Below, piece by piece: positions 25,210-31,235 of a DNA stretch of 32,000 bases. The stretch is from assembly GCA_963676105.1 (NCBI GenBank), contig OY781039.1, forward strand, positions 150,001-182,000, read 5' to 3'. The DNA is from Erysipelotrichaceae bacterium (lineage in GTDB: Bacteria > Bacillota_I > Bacilli_A > Erysipelotrichales > Erysipelotrichaceae). Under the pieces are notes generated by a model. The model was not told where the DNA came from, did no database searches, and was given only the letters and a program-made list of their open reading frames with translations. Each line of letters opens with the position of its first letter. The first letter of the stretch is position 1. The position numbers and the translations under genes are program-made.

Positions 25210-25566
25210 ATGAAAAAAATATTAATTGTGTTTGGTACATTTGTTGCAGTTAGCTTAATCTTCTTAGGTTTAACAAACATGGATGAAATCAACGCCTATA
25301 TCAATAATGAAGAAGTGAGTGATGATACATTAGCTTTATCTGAAAACACTGAAAGTAACGAATGGTCATTAGATGAAGATGGCAGTGAAGTTGAAGCTTT
25401 TGTAGAAACTGAGAAAGGTTCAGAAAACTTTGCATCAACAGATGGAACAAGACCTGAAAGAGGTACACCACCAGAAGGATTTGATGGCGAAAGACCAACT
25501 CCTCCAGATGGCGAATTCCCTAGTGATGATACTTATACAGGAAGTACATCTACTACAACTGAATAA
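25210..25566 (+). CDS. Small secreted or membrane-anchored acidic, Pro-rich protein, 118 aa
   Basis: N-terminal hydrophobic signal/anchor (KKILIVFGTFVAVSLIFLGL), then an Asp/Glu-rich region and an imperfect repeat ERGTPPEGFDGERPTPPDGEFP. AAGGAG SD. Confidence 0.6.
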   Translation: MKKILIVFGTFVAVSLIFLGLTNMDEINAYINNEEVSDDTLALSENTESNEWSLDEDGSEVEAFVETEKGSENFASTDGTRPERGTPPEGFDGERPTPPDGEFPSDDTYTGSTSTTTE

Positions 25567-25570
25567 TCAA

Positions 25571-25597
25571 AAAGACGAGCAATCGTCTTTTATTTTA
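25571..25597. terminator. Bidirectional intrinsic terminator shared by the small secreted-protein gene (+) and the AOR operon (-)
   Basis: AAAGACG-agcaat-CGTCTTT with T-runs on both strands. The stem abuts the ThiF-like stop codon. Confidence 0.75.
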
Positions 25598-26261
25598 GGC
25601 TTATAAATTCTAGCTCTAATTCGTTTAAATCTAAATAGTAGAATCCATCAAAATCATTAAATTCATTAGATAATATTTTATAGACAAACATACTTTGTAT
25701 TTGAGCGCAGGTATTTGCGACCATCACAATGTTTCCTAAGTCTAACTCGGATCCTTTTTCAAAAGTATCACCAAGTTTTGATATATTTCGATGTTCATTT
25801 GTGGAAACAGTAATATAAGCAAACCAAGAGCTTATCATCCCAGAAACAATGGGAATATCTAAATTAAGTTTTTCAAATGCTAAAGATAAACTAAAGTTAT
25901 CTAAAGCATCAACGATGACATCAATATTTGAAAGTGGAAGTTTTAAATCATTGAAATCTAGATAATCCGTATAAGTGTGAATGATGCAAGCAGGATTAAT
26001 TTTTAAACATTCTTCCTTAATAACATCAATTTTATTTTGATTTAAATTTTCTGTGTTTGAAAAACACTGACGATTTAAATTTGTTTCATCAAAAACATCA
26101 TGATCAATAACTGTTAATTCCCCAACACCCAATCTCACTAAACTATGGGCAATATGGCCGCCTAATCCACCACAACCACAAATTAACACATGAGATTCTA
26201 AAAGTTTTTTTTGATTTAATTCAGATATAGTAGATTTATTTTTTAAATATCTTTTCATCAT
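25590..26261 (-). CDS. ThiF/MoeB/HesA-family E1-like adenylyltransferase, short form (223 aa)
   Basis: ICGCGGLGG nucleotide-binding loop, DETNLNRQ and VVDALDN motifs typical of E1-like enzymes. No CxxC zinc motifs and no rhodanese domain. The start overlaps the MoaD-like stop (ATGA, 4 nt). Confidence 0.8.
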   Translation of the reverse strand: MMKRYLKNKSTISELNQKKLLESHVLICGCGGLGGHIAHSLVRLGVGELTVIDHDVFDETNLNRQCFSNTENLNQNKIDVIKEECLKINPACIIHTYTDYLDFNDLKLPLSNIDVIVDALDNFSLSLAFEKLNLDIPIVSGMISSWFAYITVSTNEHRNISKLGDTFEKGSELDLGNIVMVANTCAQIQSMFVYKILSNEFNDFDGFYYLDLNELELEFISLK

Positions 26262-26479
26262 CCACCTGCAACAGGAGGGAAGAAAGCGACAATATCTTGA
26301 TCTTTTAAAATCGTATCAGCTTTATTATGACGACCATTCACTAAAAGAATTTGGACATCTTCCAAATTGATTTTCAAATGATCTAATAAGGCTTGTGGAG
26401 TAGGGAATTCTTTTTCATCTAAGAAAAGTATTTTTCCACGATTATCTCTAAAGTATGCGAATAGTCGGACTTCAACCAT
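26258..26479 (-). CDS. MoaD-like ubiquitin-fold sulfur carrier protein ending in Gly-Gly, 73 aa
   Basis: MVEVRLFAYFRD...DIVAFFPPVAGG* closely mirrors the MoaD N-terminus and its C-terminal VAFFPPVxGG tail. The tracked ORF starts at TTG 26491, but ATG 26479 has a GGAGG SD 5 nt upstream. Confidence 0.8.
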   Translation of the reverse strand: MVEVRLFAYFRDNRGKILFLDEKEFPTPQALLDHLKINLEDVQILLVNGRHNKADTILKDQDIVAFFPPVAGG

Positions 26480-26499
26480 AACAACCTCCAAGTATAAGA

Positions 26500-26520
26500 A
26501 AGGGAGATTTTCTCTCCCTT
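26500..26520 (-). promoter_or_regulatory. Intercistronic stem-loop between AOR and the MoaD-like gene
   Basis: The minus strand reads TGAtaaaattAAGGGAGAgaaaaTCTCCCTTtcttatacttGGAGGttgttATG. The 8-bp stem lies between the AOR stop and the MoaD SD. Confidence 0.5.
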
Positions 26521-26527
26521 AATTTTA

Positions 26528-28324
26528 TCATAGTAAATCTAAACGTTTGAGGGTTTCTTCCGTAGGGAAGGCATTGACCCAACCGCGTGCTTCATAATAT
26601 TGCGGTAAGGTAATATTTAGTTTACTTACTTCACCTTTTGAAGGACCATCTGGAATTGGTTCATTGAGAATACGTTTTGGTAAAGTATCATCTTCCGGTT
26701 TCATACCAGCTTCTTTATTAAATAAGCGTTCAATATTATAGATACGTTCACCAATTTCTAGAAGTTCTTCAACACTGTGATTTGTTCCTGTTGCGGCATT
26801 AATCATTGCTGCATATTCAGGTGCACCAAGTGCAAATGAAGTAAAGAGACACATACCGCTTGAATCGATAACAGCCGTTAAATCTTGGAAAATCTTAGTC
26901 CAAACAGCTTTATCATCAGTTGCGAAACGATCTAAAGGTTGAGGTAAACCTAAGACTTCAGGAGAAATCATGTAACCACGTACGTGACATGCACCGCGAT
27001 TAGAAGTTGCATAAGTAATCCCAATCCCTTGGATACCACGCGCATCATAGGCAGGCATTTCTTGTTTTTTAACAGACATTGAAAGTTCAGGAACACCGTA
27101 ATGTTCACATAAACGATAGGATCCTTGAGCCATGAGTTTAGCAAGCATACTTTCTTGAGTCCCCATGCGTTTAGTCCATTCAATGATGGCTTTTGAACTA
27201 CCCCACACAAGTGGAACACCATCACAATCTTCGTCTTTAATGTAACCTTTTTGGTAAAGTTCCATTGCAGCAGCAATGGTCGTAGGCGCGCCAATGGCAT
27301 CTAGCCCCATTTCATTAGCATAGTAATTAGCTTCATTAATCGCTTCTAAATCATCAACTGCACAGTTAGCGCCATATGCCCAAATAGGTTCATATTCTGG
27401 ACCGCCAACCACTTTATCACCGAGTTTAATAACACGGCCACAACCGATTGGACATCTATGACAGAAACCTTGTTTAACTAAGTGTTTTTCTTGTAAGGTT
27501 TCACCAGAAATATTATCGGCATCAGCAAATTGTGATTCTTGCCAGTTTTTAGTAGGGAAGGATCCAATATTATTGATGATATTAACTAAAACAGCTGTAC
27601 CATAGGTTGGTAAACCTTGACCAGTAACTCCATTTTCACGAATGAGCTTTAATCCGTTAGTTACTGCTTCTCTTAATGCATCTTTGTCTTCAGGTTCAAT
27701 AACATTGCGTTTCGATGAACAAACAATTGCTTTAAGTTTTTTAAAACCCATAACAGCTCCAACACCACCACGACCAGCAGCACGATCTGCTTCATTCATA
27801 ATGGCTGCAATTAAGGATAGATTTTCACCAGCAGGACCAATATTAACAACAGAAGCATCTTTGCCATATTCAGCTTTGAGTTCTTCTTCAACAACTTCGG
27901 ATGTTTTACCCCATAAATCAGCTGCATCTTTTAATTCAACATGATCATCATCAATGACCATATAAACTGGTTTATCAGAAGCACCTTCAACGATTAATGC
28001 ATCATATCCAGCGTATTTAAGGCGAGCACCCCAAACACCTCCAGAATTTGAACTAGCAATCATGTTGTTGAGTGGTGATTTTGTCACAACCATATAACGA
28101 CCACCAGTAGGAACGTTGACACCAGTGAGTGGACCATTAATGAAAACTAGCTTATTATCTGCTGATAATGGTTCAACTTTGGCAACGCCTTCATCCATTA
28201 GTATTTTGGTACCTAGACCACGACCACCAATGAATTTTCGTGCTAATTTTTCATCCAAAGCTTCGGTTTTAATTGATCCATCACTTAGATTAACTCTTAG
28301 CATCTTTAAATTATAACTTGACAT
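26528..28324 (-). CDS. aor: Aldehyde:ferredoxin oxidoreductase family protein (tungsto/molybdo-bis-pyranopterin + [4Fe-4S] enzyme), 598 aa
   Basis: The N-terminal AFOR_N pattern (LRVNLSDGSI...KFIGGRGLG), the cluster motif CHRCPIGCGR and a later SGMCLF cysteine match the AOR family. AGGAGG SD. Confidence 0.9.
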   Translation of the reverse strand: MSSYNLKMLRVNLSDGSIKTEALDEKLARKFIGGRGLGTKILMDEGVAKVEPLSADNKLVFINGPLTGVNVPTGGRYMVVTKSPLNNMIASSNSGGVWGARLKYAGYDALIVEGASDKPVYMVIDDDHVELKDAADLWGKTSEVVEEELKAEYGKDASVVNIGPAGENLSLIAAIMNEADRAAGRGGVGAVMGFKKLKAIVCSSKRNVIEPEDKDALREAVTNGLKLIRENGVTGQGLPTYGTAVLVNIINNIGSFPTKNWQESQFADADNISGETLQEKHLVKQGFCHRCPIGCGRVIKLGDKVVGGPEYEPIWAYGANCAVDDLEAINEANYYANEMGLDAIGAPTTIAAAMELYQKGYIKDEDCDGVPLVWGSSKAIIEWTKRMGTQESMLAKLMAQGSYRLCEHYGVPELSMSVKKQEMPAYDARGIQGIGITYATSNRGACHVRGYMISPEVLGLPQPLDRFATDDKAVWTKIFQDLTAVIDSSGMCLFTSFALGAPEYAAMINAATGTNHSVEELLEIGERIYNIERLFNKEAGMKPEDDTLPKRILNEPIPDGPSKGEVSKLNITLPQYYEARGWVNAFPTEETLKRLDLL

Positions 28325-28345
28325 TTATGTACCTCCTCATGTCAC

Positions 28346-28374
28346 AAAAAAATCAAGGGACGTGACCCTTGATT
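28346..28374 (-). terminator. Intrinsic terminator forming the expression platform of the riboswitch
   Basis: The minus strand reads AATCAAGGG-tcacgt-CCCTTGATT followed by TTTTTTT. It lies 20 nt upstream of the AOR SD. Confidence 0.8.
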
Positions 28375-28500
28375 AAGTGTTGTTTCGGGAAGGGTCACGC
28401 TCTGAAATCAGCGTCCCTTTCCAAGATGGGAGGTTGAACTGTCACCAATTCAGCCTATCGGGCTATATAACTCTCTAGAGTTATTATAGTCTCGGAACTA
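28346..28500 (-). promoter_or_regulatory. Moco/Wco (molybdenum/tungsten cofactor) riboswitch candidate in the AOR leader
   Basis: The minus-strand leader carries the conserved Moco-motif blocks in order: CCGAG, a hairpin, AGCC-cgata-GGCTG, ACCTCCC, GGAAAGG. Alternative antiterminator and terminator helices follow. Recognised from memory of the Rfam Moco RNA motif; no covariance model was run. Confidence 0.7.
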
Positions 28501-28505
28501 TTTAT

Positions 28506-28534
28506 ATTATAAAGCGCTTACATTCACAATGCAA
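28506..28534 (-). promoter_or_regulatory. Sigma-70-type promoter of the riboswitch-AOR operon
   Basis: Minus strand: TTGCAT (28534..28529), 17-nt spacer, TATAAT (28511..28506). Confidence 0.65.
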
Positions 28535-28723
28535 TCTTGTTTTTAAAAAATTAGGAAAAACACAATTAAAATCATATATATAAGGTGTAGATAAACATAC
28601 TGATTGTTCCACCATTAAGTTGATTGGAGTTATGGATATATTAATACAAGTATTAATATTAATCTTTTCTGTCTAAGGCGTTGTCTATTCCATCTTTTAT
28701 AAGAAGAAGTAGATTAAACAAAT

Positions 28724-28764
28724 AAAACACTCTTTCTAAGTTACACAGCCTAGGAGAGTGTTTT
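28724..28764 (-). terminator. Possible terminator / 3' stem-loop downstream of the radical SAM gene
   Basis: 10-bp arms AAAACACTCT...AGAGTGTTTT with a 21-nt loop. On the minus strand it is followed by the T-rich ttttatttgttt. Confidence 0.4.
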
Positions 28765-28844
28765 CAAATTTTGAACGCTTTCTTATTTAATGTATACCTG
28801 TTTTTCAATTTTTCCTAACAATTAGCCAATGAAGGAATATGAAA

Positions 28845-29900
28845 TCAAATACACTGTACAAAATCTCTTGTCCATAAACAATCTGCACATGATGGATTTT
28901 GTCCTTTACAATCGCAAAGTGAATCATTTACATAGTCGCAACAATTAACATAGTCACAATCAGGACAAGAAGGGAATTGATTGCGTAAGTTTTGAATTCT
29001 TAGATCTGTATAAAGTTTTGAGTGCCAAATATCGTTGATGCTAGATTCAGTTATGTTTCCATAACTAACTTCATAGACTTGTTTGCGACGTCCAAATACA
29101 TATTCAATACTAGGATGGGCAAAGCGATAACACGGCGCAATATGGCCATCACTATTAATAGTCATTGTTCCATCATATACAAAGCGACATTTACGCTCTG
29201 TTTTAAGTTCAATGGCTGGAAATTTGATTTGAAGTTTAGAAGACATCGCTTTATTTAACCATTTATTTCGATATGACTTCATACGTGTATTATCGTAAAG
29301 TTTATATAAAATTTTATCTTTATCAAGTTCATTTTGAGGTAATAAATTAGAAAGAATGATCTGCATATAACCCATTGAAGATAAACGTGGTATGAGTGTT
29401 TCAATCTCATCAACGTTGTATTCACTAATCACTGCTTGAGCAATCACAAAAGGATGATCTCGTTTTAGTTCATTGCGTCTTTTGACCAATTTTCGAACAT
29501 TTTCTTCCATGATTGAAAAATCAAAACCACGAATGATTTTAAAGGTGTCTTCATGACCATCAACAGAAATGACAACACGATCAAATTTTGAAGCTAAGAC
29601 TTCAATGATTTCATCTGACCAATGATAAGCATTTGATGTAATGGTTAATTTTACATCTGCTAATAAATCAACCCATTCTAAAAACTTGGGATGAAAAGTC
29701 GGTTCTCCGATTCCACCTAAAACAATTTCTTCTAAGCTCTCTATGTCGTGTAAATGATTATTTGTTTTATCAAATAGCTCATCACTCATCTGTGTTTGCG
29801 CAAAGTCCCAGTTTTGTCTGAAACAACTTGTACAATTTAAATTACATCGTTGAGTGAGTTCTAAATAAACCTTTTTTATAGGTACATCATCTTCATGCAT
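28845..29900 (-). CDS. Radical SAM protein with Cys-rich SPASM-like C-terminal domain; resembles the AOR-associated tungsten cofactor oxidoreductase radical SAM maturase family
   Basis: CNLNCTSC (CX3CX2C) at residues 19-26. The C-terminal cysteine clusters (CRFV...APCYRF...CPDCDYVNCCDYVNDSLCDCKGQNPSCADCLW) fit auxiliary Fe-S binding. It sits directly beside AOR. Confidence 0.8.
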   Translation of the reverse strand: MHEDDVPIKKVYLELTQRCNLNCTSCFRQNWDFAQTQMSDELFDKTNNHLHDIESLEEIVLGGIGEPTFHPKFLEWVDLLADVKLTITSNAYHWSDEIIEVLASKFDRVVISVDGHEDTFKIIRGFDFSIMEENVRKLVKRRNELKRDHPFVIAQAVISEYNVDEIETLIPRLSSMGYMQIILSNLLPQNELDKDKILYKLYDNTRMKSYRNKWLNKAMSSKLQIKFPAIELKTERKCRFVYDGTMTINSDGHIAPCYRFAHPSIEYVFGRRKQVYEVSYGNITESSINDIWHSKLYTDLRIQNLRNQFPSCPDCDYVNCCDYVNDSLCDCKGQNPSCADCLWTRDFVQCI

Positions 29901-29906
29901 AGATTT

Positions 29907-29936
29907 ATTTTAGACTTTTATTTAAGAAAATGTAAA
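29907..29936 (-). promoter_or_regulatory. Candidate promoter of the radical SAM gene with the start codon 6 nt after the -10 (leaderless-type)
   Basis: Minus strand: TTTACA (29936..29931), 18-nt spacer, TAAAAT (29912..29907), then aaatct, then ATG at 29900. No Shine-Dalgarno. Confidence 0.45.
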
Positions 29937-29951
29937 GGCTTTCAATTTCTG

Positions 29952-29960
29952 TGTTAGAAT
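29952..29960 (+). promoter_or_regulatory. Candidate extended -10 (TGtTAGAAT) for the moeA genes
   Basis: tgt+tagaat at 29952..29960, about 30 nt upstream of ATG 29991. No clear -35. Confidence 0.35.
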
Positions 29961-29990
29961 TTAAGTAGTGTTTCGGGGGTTTTTAAAACC

Positions 29991-31223
29991 ATGATTAAGT
30001 CAATAAACCTTTTGTCTGTTGTCAGTGTGGACGAAAGTGTCAAACAATGCACTGATTTTATAGTCAAACATCATTTAAAACGAAAAGAAACTGTTAATAT
30101 TGCAGATTCTTTTTCACGTATTTTATCAAGCAATATTATTTCACAAGAAAACGTACCTAATTTTAATCGTAGTACCGTAGATGGCTATGCTGTAATTGCT
30201 TCAGAGACCTTTGGGGCAAGTGAGGCAATGCCATCTGTATTACGTTATGGTGGAGAAATCCAAATGGGTGAAAATACCTCATTGGAATTAAAAAAAGGTG
30301 AATGTATTAAAGTCATGACTGGTGCAATGTTACCTAAGGGTGCTAATGCGGTTGTGATGATAGAGTATAGTGAACTGTTTGGTGAAAATATCCTCTTTTA
30401 TAAAGCTGTATCTGAGAATGAAAATGTTATTTGGTTAGGTGATGATGCGAAAGAGAATGAGATTTTATTTCTTCCTTATCATTCAATGCATCACTCAGAC
30501 ATTGGTTTTTGTGCAGCCTGTGGTGTAAATGAGATTGAAGTTTTTTCACCACTTAAAGCTTTAGTTATTTCAACCGGTGAAGAAGTTATAGAAGTTGAAA
30601 AGAAAGCACAAATTGGTCAAGTGCATGATGTGAATATGCCTGTAGTCAAAAGTATGTTGAATGATTATGGTTTTCAGGTTGTAGAAAGCATGCTTATTCA
30701 GGATGATCAAGTAAAACTACAAAACACCTTAATTAAATATCGAGAACTTGTGGATTTAATCATCATTTCAGGTGGTAGTTCTCAAGGTGAAAAAGATTAT
30801 ACAGCTGAGGTCATCAATTATTGCGGTGACCCAGGTGTATTTGTTCATGGTGTTGCGATTAAACCAGGTAAACCTACAATTCTTGGCGCATCACAAGATT
30901 GTTTAATGGTGGGATTACCTGGACAACCGGTTAGTGCTTTAACTGTTTTGCGTGAAGTCATTTTAAAAGCTTATGATTTAGCGTACCAACAAAAACCTTT
31001 AAAGATACAAGCAAAACTCACAAACAATATTATTGGCTCACCTGGTCGTGAAACAACGATTTATGTTCAATTAAAAGAAGATAATGGAAATAAATTGGCA
31101 CTACCACTTTATACAAAGTCAGGTTTAATTTCGACCCTTAAAAAGGCAGATGCCTATGTGATTATTCCACGTAATCATGAGGGTTATCCTAAAGATAGTA
31201 TTGTGGATTGTTATATATGGTAA
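29991..31223 (+). CDS. moeA: Molybdopterin molybdenum/tungsten-transferase MoeA family protein, 410 aa
   Basis: MoeA motifs NFNRSTVDGYAV, ISGGSSQGEKDY and IKPGKPT. Confidence 0.85.
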   Translation: MIKSINLLSVVSVDESVKQCTDFIVKHHLKRKETVNIADSFSRILSSNIISQENVPNFNRSTVDGYAVIASETFGASEAMPSVLRYGGEIQMGENTSLELKKGECIKVMTGAMLPKGANAVVMIEYSELFGENILFYKAVSENENVIWLGDDAKENEILFLPYHSMHHSDIGFCAACGVNEIEVFSPLKALVISTGEEVIEVEKKAQIGQVHDVNMPVVKSMLNDYGFQVVESMLIQDDQVKLQNTLIKYRELVDLIIISGGSSQGEKDYTAEVINYCGDPGVFVHGVAIKPGKPTILGASQDCLMVGLPGQPVSALTVLREVILKAYDLAYQQKPLKIQAKLTNNIIGSPGRETTIYVQLKEDNGNKLALPLYTKSGLISTLKKADAYVIIPRNHEGYPKDSIVDCYIW

Positions 31224-31235
31224 GGGGAGGTTAAA

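Noticed and set aside
25301-25498. 65-aa minus-strand ORF antisense to the secreted acidic protein gene
   Set aside because: It is a shadow ORF. The plus-strand gene has the SD, a signal peptide and a terminator.
26968-28316. Three ORFs (26968..27300 minus, 27642..27944 plus, 28116..28316 plus) within the AOR gene
   Set aside because: They are out-of-frame or antisense shadows of the 598-aa AOR ORF, which has full-length family motifs.
28632-28676. 14-codon hydrophobic mini-ORF (MDILIQVLILIFSV) in the gap upstream of the AOR promoter; considered as a type I toxin-like or leader peptide
   Set aside because: The GGAG lies only 2 nt from the ATG, the ORF is built from the AT-only TATTAATA repeats, and there is no associated antisense RNA signal or terminator. 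It is most likely a chance ORF.
29022-29258. 78-aa plus-strand ORF inside the radical SAM gene
   Set aside because: It is an antisense shadow of a motif-supported CDS.
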